DNA of 64,000 nucleotides, taken from positions 26,598,001 through 26,662,000 of the forward strand of contig NC_135667.1 of NCBI RefSeq assembly GCF_964188315.1. Reading direction: 5' to 3'. Positions 35,170-44,672 of this stretch are shown here, piece by piece. This stretch comes from Podarcis muralis. Taxonomy: Eukaryota. The stretch's first letter is position 1; each line of letters opens with the position of its first letter. Below the pieces are notes generated by a model. The model did not search any database. It saw only the letters and a program-made list of their open reading frames with translations, and was not told where the DNA came from. A program made the translations under genes and the position numbers.

Positions 35170-35540
35170 TTTGTTTGTGGGAGTCATAAAGCCATGGTAA
35201 AGGCTTGCAATATTGCAGGGTGCCCCCTGACCTCGGCTGACCAGCACTCTGAGCTTTACAATGCATTGGAATGCATTGACCTTATAAGGAGTTATGTTCT
35301 CTCCCCCTCTGGGCAGTGTAACCCTATATCGTTTGTGGGTGGGTTAAAGCTTGACCGGATGAGGTAACGTGAGACATTGGAATGCAGCCATGCGGCTGGA
35401 CAGAACAAAGGATAATAAAAAGTGATCGGAGGAGAGGAGAAGTCTCAATGAGCTCTCTCTCTTATTATGGAATATTACTCGCTCTCTATGTCTTTATTTT
35501 ATATTAAAGAAGTGCCACTTGTAACGGCTGGCCCGACAAG

Positions 35541-35557
35541 TGGTGCCCCGTGTGAGG
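35541..35557 (+). promoter_or_regulatory. ERV primer binding site complementary to the elongator tRNA-Met 3' end
   Basis: tggtgccccgtgtgagg is the reverse complement of ...CCTCACACGGGGCACCA (vertebrate tRNA-Met(e), from recall). Confidence 0.85.
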
Positions 35558-35783
35558 CTGAATAAAAGAATACGACTGAGGTTTTTAAAAGAGAGCTAAG
35601 AAGCGATTTAAAGCAAACAGTCTGAGGCAGACTAAGAGAAACTGTGAGAGGATTTTCGATCCAAGCAGTGAATATCATCGGCTCACTACGTCCGGCAAGG
35701 ATTGCAAAGCGCTTTACATCTTTAAAAAAAGATCCCGGTGAGTCCGATCCCTTTTCTCCTTCTTTTATATTGATTTTAGAGAC

Positions 35784-36677
35784 ATGGGCAGCTCTTTGAC
35801 TTCTCCGCAACAGAAATTTTTAAAAGACTTAAAATTTCTCCTCTCCTCCAACAAATTGGAAGTTCCTGATGGTGATGTGATACAGCTCATTCTGGCTATT
35901 GATGAACATTGTCCCTGTTTCCCTGTGAATGGAACATGGGAAATAAAACATTGGGATATGATTGGGACTCATTTTCATGGGCTCCCCAGCAGTAGTGCTC
36001 GGATTTTAAATGCTTGGTGTAAAATTCGATATGCTATGGGTTCTTTATCACCAAAAAATATCTCCATGGCTGCATTGCCAACACAACCTCCAGCTTCTTT
36101 AATTCAGCCTGCTGTGCTGGCATCTGTTCCAATACTGGCTTTGCCTGCAGCCCCAGATCCCAAACCTCCAGACTACAGTTCCTCACCAGAGGACCCAATC
36201 CTGCAAAAATACAGTGGTCTGGCTGGGAATGACCCTGCTCTTTCAGCAGCACAACCAGCTACCCCTTTTCAACGTGCAGTCCTTGCCTGTTCCTTATCTC
36301 AGGATACCATGGCATTCCCTGGTGCTCCAGCAGGAACTCAAGCCCAGCACCAACCTTTTGACTTTAAAATCTTGAAAGAGCTGCAATTGTCAGTAAGGAC
36401 AAATGGACTGCAAGCTCCATTTAAACAAGCAAGAGGGAATAATCCTAATCTTACCCTCGCAGATGTGATGGATGCTATGATGGGGCATGGCCCCCTTGCT
36501 CAGGCTTCAGTACAAGCCACACTGCTGCAGATCTTATTGAGGGATACTGCTCTTGCTGCTCAACAAGCAATGAGAAAAATCCCGGAACCCACCAGTATCC
36601 AGTCTAGGTGGGGTTCAATCAGACAAGAACGGTGGCCTCCTCCAAAAGAAAAATCCGCAGCACCAGCTTGTTTCTGA
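35784..36677 (+). CDS. gag: Truncated Gag (MA, PPxY late domain, partial CA) fused to the start of RT, 297 aa
   Basis: MGSSLTS myristoylation-type start; IDEHCPCFP..GTW...W beta-type MA; PPDY; PFDFKILKEL; ends IRQ-ERWPPPKEK (RT QWPLxxEK-like). Confidence 0.85.
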   Translation: MGSSLTSPQQKFLKDLKFLLSSNKLEVPDGDVIQLILAIDEHCPCFPVNGTWEIKHWDMIGTHFHGLPSSSARILNAWCKIRYAMGSLSPKNISMAALPTQPPASLIQPAVLASVPILALPAAPDPKPPDYSSSPEDPILQKYSGLAGNDPALSAAQPATPFQRAVLACSLSQDTMAFPGAPAGTQAQHQPFDFKILKELQLSVRTNGLQAPFKQARGNNPNLTLADVMDAMMGHGPLAQASVQATLLQILLRDTALAAQQAMRKIPEPTSIQSRWGSIRQERWPPPKEKSAAPACF

Positions 36678-36703
36678 ACAGCTTATTTCTGAACAATTGA
36701 CTT

Positions 36704-37720
36704 TTGGCCACATTGAACCGTCTTCATCCCACTTCTGACACCAGCAGACAGGAACGGTTTGCTTTTATATTGCCAGTATTCTCAACCCACCAGCGATATC
36801 AGTGGATTGTCCTGCCTCACAGCATGTGGAACTCCCCTACACTTTGTCAGCATTTTATGGATGAAGCATCGAAACCTTTCCGCATGCACCACCTAGAGGT
36901 GCTGAACAACAGCTGCATCTGACAGTATTTGCTACACCATTGTTGCCAACAGGAATTTTATATGCTCAGACATTGTGATCAAAGGACATTCACGTGCTAT
37001 AGCTTTGAGCAGTTTTGATATTGCATCAATTTATTTGCCTTTTTCACAGACTGAACAGCAACATTTATTGATCACAAATGCTGCCGTGCAAATTGCTTTG
37101 GCAGATTTTATAGGTGTCATCATTTTTAACCCTCCAAAGGATGACCGTTTGACATTTCTGATGCAGGTCACCTATGTCTTGGCTATCCCCTTGTCTCTCA
37201 CACCTCTCCCCTCTGCACTGACCCTTTTCACGGATGGAACAAGGAGTAGGGGGGTGGTGACATGGGAGGAGGGAGGAAAATGGAAATGTTATTTACCCCT
37301 CCACAGTCTTCTGCCCAGCTTGCCTTTCAATCCTTTCCTACTCAACCTTTCAATCTTATTGTGGATATGACTCAGTATGTATATCGCCTTTTTGCTATTT
37401 TACCAGTATCTTATATAACTCCTTCCTTGGATTCTGACTTGTTTTCCTTGTTTCTTGCCCTGCAAGCTTTACTTCAGCACAGAGAGTTCCCTTATTATGT
37501 TGCACATCTTCGCTCCCACACATCGCACCCAGGGTATTTAGCAGAAGGCAATGCACAAGCAGATGCAGCATTGAGGGACATTTCTGCCTTTTCTCTCTTT
37601 TCTGATCCTATACTATGTCATAACACCCTTCATCTCCCTGCGAAAGCATTGGCTAAGCAGTTTTCTATTCCTTTGGCCCAAGCTAGGGATATTGTGTCCC
37701 AAGGTGCTTCTTGTTCCCAA
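36704..37720 (+). pseudogene. pol: Fragmented pol (RT, tether, RNase H, integrase zinc finger)
   Basis: RFAF..RYQWIVLPHSMWNSPTLCQ; LFTDG; HLRSHT..GNAQAD; H-x3-H..LAQARDIV..; no YMDD motif and no integrase core. Confidence 0.85.
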
Positions 37721-37735
37721 GGATGGCGTGCGGCC

Positions 37736-38563
37736 ATGGCGAGCATCTTCAACCGCAGAAGCGCCTTCCTAACCATTTGCCTTGCCATCCTTTCCTGCAC
37801 CGTTATACAAGGAAGAGAAGCAGATGATCCAGTCCAGTTGAAACCACCATATTTCACCTTATCAGCTGGCAAGCCGCTGTCATCAGAATCCTACTCTGGC
37901 TGGCAGCATCCACGGCTCAGCCACTCTCGAACTAGAAGAACAGTGTTGTTGAATAAGACTTTTAGGGGAGAAAATTATCATAAGATATGGAGGGATAATA
38001 TTTTTGTACAAGATATGATTAAGTTTACTAGTTTATTGCATGCTTCTAAATGTTGGTTATGTATGCACATGCCGCCCTTTGCCAGTCATTCAGGCATAAT
38101 GCTTCATGGTGTGCCTGTCAATGGATCTTTTCGATTTACAAATAGCATATCCCCTAAGCAAACCTTTTGGCCTCCAGTACAATTGACCCTCCATGAGCCT
38201 GCTCCCATTTGTTTTCAAATTAAAGAGGGGAAAGAATCATGGGGCATATATCCAAACTGTCAATATACATTGAAATTCATGTTTAATAGCTCTTGTTCTC
38301 TTACAGCGATACCAGTGCATGGTTATAAACCAGAAAGGAAGCCTACCATGCAGCTTGGAATCAGAATTCTTATATTCTTGGCTTCCGGATGGAAGTTGGC
38401 TTCGACATTTATTGATTATAGTGATTATTATAGTAGTTATTTGCATTATTTTGTGTTGCTATATACAATGTATTCCTTCTTTAATTTCTGTATGTACTGC
38501 ATGGTTCTCCAGTCCGCGGCCCGCTTCCGGTCTCACAAGAGTCGCCTATCAAGCTCGACATAA
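37736..38563 (+). CDS. env: Env-derived ORF (signal peptide plus SU N-terminal part), 275 aa
   Basis: gccATGG start; hydrophobic leader FLTICLAILSCTVIQG; RTRR; CWLC; sequons NKT, NGS, NSS; native TM anchor (SWLP..WLRHLLIIVIIIVVICIILCC) lies in another frame (38319-38585). Confidence 0.65.
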   Translation: MASIFNRRSAFLTICLAILSCTVIQGREADDPVQLKPPYFTLSAGKPLSSESYSGWQHPRLSHSRTRRTVLLNKTFRGENYHKIWRDNIFVQDMIKFTSLLHASKCWLCMHMPPFASHSGIMLHGVPVNGSFRFTNSISPKQTFWPPVQLTLHEPAPICFQIKEGKESWGIYPNCQYTLKFMFNSSCSLTAIPVHGYKPERKPTMQLGIRILIFLASGWKLASTFIDYSDYYSSYLHYFVLLYTMYSFFNFCMYCMVLQSAARFRSHKSRLSSST

Positions 38564-38967
38564 CCATATATATGGCTCTGATTAAAATATAAAGAAAGAG
38601 GGCATGTGGGAGTCATAAAGCCATGGTAAAGGCTTGCAATATTGCAGGGTGCCCCCTGACCTCGGCTGACCAGCACTCTGAGCTTTACAATGCATTGGAA
38701 TGCATTGACCTTATAAGGAGTTATGTTCTCTCCCCCTCTGGGCAGTGTAACCCTATATCGTTTGTGGGTGGGTTAAAGCTTGACCGGATGAGGTAACGTG
38801 AGACATTGGAATGCAGCCATGCGGCTGGACAGAACAAAGGATAATAAAAAGTGATCGGAGGAGAGGAGAAGTCTCAATGAGCTCTCTCTCTTATTATGGA
38901 ATATTACTCGCTCTCTATGTCTTTATTTTATATTAAAGAAGTGCCACTTGTAACGGCTGGCCCGACA

Positions 38968-41874
38968 TTTGTTCCAAGATCTTGCAGCCTGTTTGAGACC
39001 GTATAGAGCTTTGTTTAATTTCAACACTCTATTGGAACCTGTCTCATAACCAGGCGGTTCGGCAAGATACAGGTCTTCTGATATTGACGCATGTAAATAT
39101 GCAGTCTGAATGTCAAAATGGTTTAACAGGAGTTTTCTCTTTGCTCCAAGAGTTAAAATCAGCCTTACACTGTCCCCCTTGGCAGTAGGGGAAAAAGTCT
39201 CGTCATAATCTTTTCCAGGCCTCTGAGAGTATCCTTGAGCGACTAAACGAGCTTTGTATTTGTACTCTCCTGTCACCAGAGGTTTAAGTTTGTATACCCA
39301 CCTGCAGCCTACAATCTTTGCCCCCTCAGGCGCTGCTACTGGTGTAAAAACCTTGTGCTCATTCAGAGAGGACATCTCTTCCTCCATTGCCTGTTTCCAG
39401 CGCTCTGCCTCCTCTTTTGGTAACTTTAACACCTCCTGAAAACTCTTGGGTTCTGCAATCACACTAAACACATTTGCAGTATCTGGAGAAAAACGCACCG
39501 GAGGCACTCCTTTGTTTTGTCTTTTAGATCTTCTGGGAGAAAATTTTTCTTCTGACCCACTTTCCTCCTCAGAACTACGACCTCTCTTTTGTTGCTTAGC
39601 AACTGGTCTTTGGCTAACTCCACTTTCTTGAGAGCTCTTATCTGAACTTTCCTCCCCCTCAGACTCTGATTCTCTATGTTTACCTTCAGAGTCATGAAGC
39701 TCCTGGGAAGGTTCAAACCAAACCTCAGTATTGGCATGTAGTCTCTCCCAGCCACTATGTTCACAAAAACTGGCATTCCTGGAGATCACAATGCCATTTG
39801 TCCCTTCAGCAAAGCGGAAACCTTTTCCCAGCTCCTGGTAACCCACAAACACTAACTGTTTGGTCTTAGGATCTCCCTTCTTCCTCATTTGTTTTGGAAT
39901 TAATACCCAGGCTTTTGATCCAAACACATGCAAATGGTCAATTTTGGGTTTTTTCTGAAACAATTTAAAGTACGGGGTTGTACCTATAGTTTGATGAAAG
40001 AGCCTGTTTTGGAGATAACACGCGGTGAGCATGCTCTCCCCCCAATAAGACATGGGCAAATCAGCATCGTCAAGCATGGCAAACATCATATCTTGTAAAG
40101 ATCTGTTTTTTCGCTCTGCAACGCCATTCTCCTCTGGGGAAAAAACGTTCGTTTTCCTATGCCCAATGCCACGCTTTTGTAACCAATCTTTAAAGGCATT
40201 TGACATAAATTCGCCACCTCTGTCCGTCTGAATCCTTTTAAGTTTAATGGACAGAAATCTTTCCACAGATGCCACCCAGCCTTTAAACTTAGTGAACACG
40301 TCACCCTTATTCTTCATGGGAAAAACCCAAGAATAACGTGTGGCGTCATCCACAATTGTTAGTGAAAAGCGCGATCCACCCCTGCTTACAGCAAATGGAC
40401 CAATTACGTCCATGTGAACCAGCTGTAGCGGTGACTCACTAACTCTGTCACTTCTGGGGTAAGAGACTCTGTGGGTTTTAACCTTTTTACACACATTACA
40501 ATCAAGGTACTTGTTACAACTCTTTAAATTACCCCCATCAGCCAATTCAGACATTTTTAGTACACTTTTCCAGCAAGCATGCCCCATTTTCCTATGCAAT
40601 AAGTGCACACAGTTGTCATGTATAGCTTTGTTATTCACTGCAGGCTGAGATTTACTGACTACTGCTGCAACTTGAGATCCTGCTTTAAGCCAAAACAAGC
40701 CTCCCTCTGACTTAGCAGTGCCTAAAATCTCACCAGCCTTCTTAATAATGCAACTGTCTCCTTCAAAATGCACTTTAAACCCAGCTTTTAGCAAACAATC
40801 TACAGACATCAGATTGCTCCTTAATGAAGGCACACAAAGTACATTTTGCAGGCATTCACGAAGACAAGGAACAAAAACTGCACCCCCCGAAATCACTTCG
40901 GAAGTACTTCCGTCTGCTAGAGCCACCTGGCTGCGCTGTGCTGAGTTCTTGGAAACAAACAATTCATCTGAATTTACGATGTGGCGAGATGCTCCTGAAT
41001 CGACCACCCAGACCGCTTGTTTCTCATCAGCACTCTTGACCTCGCCGGTCACCAGCTGAGCCGACTGTTTTTGTTTGAAGAATTTCTTTTTACGCTGCTG
41101 CTGCTGCTGATCTCGTCTCTGCTCCTGCACCGGCAACTGAGACTTGACCAACTCCGGACATTGTCGTTTTAGATGCGCTGAAGACCCACATCGGAAACAA
41201 CGCCTAACAGCAAACGCTGACTCCTCACTGGTACGCTGCTTTTGCGTCACCTCTGGCACGGCATGAAAACTCCTTCCAAACCGCCCGCCTGTAGAAGCCT
41301 CTGCAGCCAACGACCTTTCTTGCCTCTTCTGCCATTCTTCAATCAAACGCCCAGTAACGTAACTGACTGATAAATCATGCTCCTGCATGCCTTCTAGAGA
41401 CAAAACTAAATTATCCCAGCTTTCCGGGAGAGAACTCAAAATAATAGCCACCTTCTCCTGCTGGTCTAACGCACAGTCTCTTTCCTGTAGCGCAACAAAC
41501 TTTAACTGTAAACTGTGTAGGTGTTCCTGCATTGTAACCCCAGGCTGTAACATTGCCTTGTACAATGCCTTGCGAATGAACAGCTTGGAAACCGCTGTCT
41601 CACGCACATGGAGTTCTTTAAGTGCTTGCCACACACCTCTAGCTGTCTTGATTCCCCTCACATACGGCAACTGGGAATCTTCCAGCCCCAAGACAATTGT
41701 GGCCCTTGCTCTTTGGTCTTTATCGAGGTCTTCATCATCAGGCTTCGCAGGAAACTTACTCACCACTTGCCAGAGATGATCCCTCTGCAGCACTGCCTGC
41801 ATGCGTTCCGACCACAGCAAGTAATTGGAGTCATTCAGACGCTCAAAAGCCATCTGAACTGGTTGTGAGGCCAT
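38968..41874 (-). CDS. gag-pol: Copia polyprotein N-terminal part (Gag, zinc knuckle, protease, integrase, start of RT), 969 aa
   Basis: CFRCGSSAHLKRQC; VVDSGAS; HRKMGH..C..C; VHMDVIGP, QTDRGGEF, NGVAERKNR; KARLVAQG; YGLKQAARSWNK. Confidence 0.95.
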
Positions 41875-42120
41875 CTTGAGAGCGATGTCCCTGGAACCCG
41901 GAACCAGCTACTCACGACCACCGAGAGAGAAAACAGGAACCACAGCACCCAGCACTCACACGCTGCAGCTGTTGTCCTTGTGCCCGCTGCGTCACCAGCT
42001 CACCACAGTCAGGAACCAGCCAGTGTCCATCTGCTGCACCAACAGGAACAACAACTTCTGGAACTACTGGAACCAACGCCGTTGATGCTGACACCACCGC
42101 AACTCAGGCTGGCAGCACAA

Positions 42121-42131
42121 TGCCCATAACC
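42121..42131 (-). promoter_or_regulatory. Copia PBS complementary to the anticodon stem-loop of initiator tRNA-Met
   Basis: ggttatgggc directly abuts the 5' LTR and matches the Drosophila copia-type PBS GGTTATGGGCCCA. Confidence 0.8.
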
Positions 42132-42575
42132 TCATGGAACTTTGGAGTGTCAGGCATAGCCCTACTGGCTTTAGCCCAAACGTAGCAGAGTTTTCCTGCA
42201 CAGCGAGGAAGCTAGTTGCGGCAGTAATGACAAGTCAGCTAGACTCAGAATAACTATTTACAGGATTTATTAAAAGGAGAAAATAAAACCAGCAGAGTTT
42301 CTGCATACAAATCAAAGCAAAATAAATCCTCTCTTTCTCTCTCTCTCAAAACCATACACAGCACTTCTACTCCTAACAACACCTCACTTCAAACTGAGCT
42401 AGCAATCCCTTGATAACAGAGCAGAGTGCTGGTTGTTAACCAATCAGAGTAAGTAGTTTCTAGGTCAAGCAGACCTGGGCTTTCTGCCAAGAGTAAATTG
42501 ACACCAGCCTGAGTTAATTGTGAGAAGCTAGAATCTGCAAGTTTCCCACGAGAACCAATTAACAGAAACTGAACA
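42132..42575 (-). repeat. Copia 5' LTR
   Basis: 444 bp, TGTTCAG...CCATGA in element orientation. Confidence 0.95.
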
Positions 42576-43135
42576 ATTCAGACCCAACTGCAACTAAATG
42601 TTAATCCCTCCCCCAACAAGCAAAAACCAAACCATAAAACCAAAATTTAAAACAGCACAAATTAAAAACTATTTAAAAACATTTTTGACATTTGACCCAA
42701 CCCCAGAGTTATTCCAGTGAGTCTGGGCTCTTCAGCACTCACAGCCAAGCAGTGTCTCTCCAGTGACGTCTTCTTCCTTCAACAAACGCATGTTGCACAG
42801 GGTTGCATGAAAAGAAACCCCTATGTCTAAGCTCCTGCTCAAAGGAAGATGCACTGCACAATCAGGAGAAATGCACAGTCAGGTGCCCCAGTCATGTGGT
42901 GCATCTACACACAGTCAGGATCTTGAATGTTGGGGATTCTTTACAGACAACAGCACACAATGCATGAGGTGGCTTGTAAAGCAGCCTGTAACTTCATGTG
43001 ACACAATGGTGCTGGAGGAAGAAGTAGCAGTGGGGATGAGTCTCCATGGCATTTTGCATTTGTTTTATGGGTGTAATTTTATTGTTGATGTGGTGCTGTT
43101 TACCACCATTATTATTTTTTTCTTAAGGTTGGCAG

Positions 43136-43454
43136 CAGACTCTAGGGTTGTGCGCCCATCTCACTCAAGAGGCCGGGGGCCAGCGCTGTCCGGAGACACT
43201 TCCGGGTCACGTGGCCAGCATGACGAAGCTGCTCTGGCGAGCCAGAGCTGCACACGGAAACGCCGTTTACCTTCCCGCTAGTAAGCGGTCCCTATTTATC
43301 TACTTGCACCCGAGGGTGCTTTCGAACTGCTAGGTTGGCAGGCGCTGGGACCGAACAATGGGAGCGCACCCCGCCGCAGGGATTCGAACCGCCGACCTTT
43401 CGATCGGCAAGCCCTAGGCGCTGAGGCTTTTACCCACAGCACCACCCACGTCCC
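43136..43454 (-). mobile_element. Sauria SINE lacking its 3' tail
   Basis: Same subfamily as 8997-9355. Confidence 0.9.
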
Positions 43455-43715
43455 CATATATATACACACATAAAATAAATGACCAAATGTAGCACAGCTC
43501 CAGAACCAACTTGATAGGAATTAGCATATGGATTTGAAAAGTGCTACCCAAATGCTCGCTGCTCCCAAGGCTACATGTTAGGAAGATCATTAATCACTGC
43601 TGTTTCTAAGTCTGGAGTAAAACCCCATTGACTTTAGTGTTTCAGATTTACATTGGAGTAAATGAGAATATTTTTGCTAGAATCGGGGGGGGGGGGGAGA
43701 GAAAGAAAACAGAAT

Positions 43716-44672
43716 TCAATGAACCCTTATACAGTTAGCGCATTTGTTGGCTGTTCTCCTTAAGGCCTCCTTCACTTCTTTATTCCTCAGGCTGTATATA
43801 AGGGGATTAAGCAGAGGTGTCAAGATGGTATAAAAGATAGAGAATACCTTATTGAGTGTTCTCAGTTGATTGTTGTCTTGTAAAAGATACACAATGGTGA
43901 GAGAGCCATAGAAAATGGTCACCACAATGAGATGGGAAGAGCAAGTGGAGAAAGCCTTTTGCCTTCCTGTGGTGGATGGGATGCCAAGAATGGCAGTGAT
44001 GATGCATACGTATGATGCTATAGTCAGAACGAATGGTGGCAGGGTAGAGATAGAAGTCAGAACAGCCGATACCAGTTTCACCTGACTTGCATCACTGCAG
44101 GCCAGGTTCATCATCGGAATGAAATCACAAAAGAAATGCTCAATCACATTGTGGCCACAGAAGGTTACCTGTAGTATAAAACCTAACAATATTGTATCTA
44201 TGACAAAACTGCCAATCCAAGACCCAGCTACCAGCTGGAGGCAAACCTTGAAATTCATAAGGACAGAATAATGCAAGGGGCGGCATATTGCTATGTAACG
44301 GTCATAAGACATTGCTGCCAGGAGATAGCACTCAGTTACTGCTAAGAACACAAATGCCCATAATTGCACAATGCAGCCATTAACGGATACACCTGGGTTT
44401 TTGCTTAATAAACTGGCCAGCATTCTGGGGAGGATGGTTGAGCTATAGCAGGTCTCCAGGCAAGACAAGTTGCCCAGGAAGAAATACATGGGGGTGTGGA
44501 GGTGCTGATCAGTCACAACCAATGTGACAATGATCAGGTTCCCAGCCATAGTCATGATGTAGATGATTAGAAACAGCACGAAGAGAAGAATATGTAACTC
44601 CTGGAGTTCTCCAAAGCCACGAAGGACAAATTCTGTAATGATGGTTTCATTTCTCCTCTCCAATGTCAACAT
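43716..44672 (-). CDS. Olfactory receptor, family 11/6-like, gene E (318 aa from ATG)
   Basis: NET sequon, LHTPMYFFLGNLS, MSYDRYIAIC, KAFSTCSSHL, PLLNPLIYSLRN; acceptor ccccttcagcag lies upstream. Confidence 0.95.
   Translation of the reverse strand: MLTLERRNETIITEFVLRGFGELQELHILLFVLFLIIYIMTMAGNLIIVTLVVTDQHLHTPMYFFLGNLSCLETCYSSTILPRMLASLLSKNPGVSVNGCIVQLWAFVFLAVTECYLLAAMSYDRYIAICRPLHYSVLMNFKVCLQLVAGSWIGSFVIDTILLGFILQVTFCGHNVIEHFFCDFIPMMNLACSDASQVKLVSAVLTSISTLPPFVLTIASYVCIITAILGIPSTTGRQKAFSTCSSHLIVVTIFYGSLTIVYLLQDNNQLRTLNKVFSIFYTILTPLLNPLIYSLRNKEVKEALRRTANKCANCIRVH

Larger units (their letters stand above)
35176..38967 (+). mobile_element. Internally deleted betaretrovirus-like (class II) ERV, 3792 bp
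   Basis: 363-bp TG..CA LTRs at 35176-35538 and 38605-38967; 6-bp TSD tttgtt at 35170-35175 and 38968-38973; PBS; purine tract; gag, pol and env remnants. Confidence 0.95.
33617..42575 (-). mobile_element. Ty1/copia LTR retrotransposon (5161 bp once the ERV and one TSD copy are removed)
   Basis: 444-bp LTRs at 33617-34060 and 42132-42575; 5-bp TSD attca at 33612-33616 and 42576-42580; domain order gag-PR-IN-RT-RH. Confidence 0.97.

Noticed and set aside
34114-35247. 377-aa and 983-aa ORFs as two separate genes
   Set aside because: They are one copia ORF; the extra ends (MLVSRG...TPT and CRASRY...) are read from the ERV LTRs
37262-38563. 433-aa RNase H-integrase-Env fusion protein
   Set aside because: In-frame by-product of a deletion; the upstream start is not a convincing initiation site and the internal Kozak ATG at 37736 with a leader peptide is more plausible
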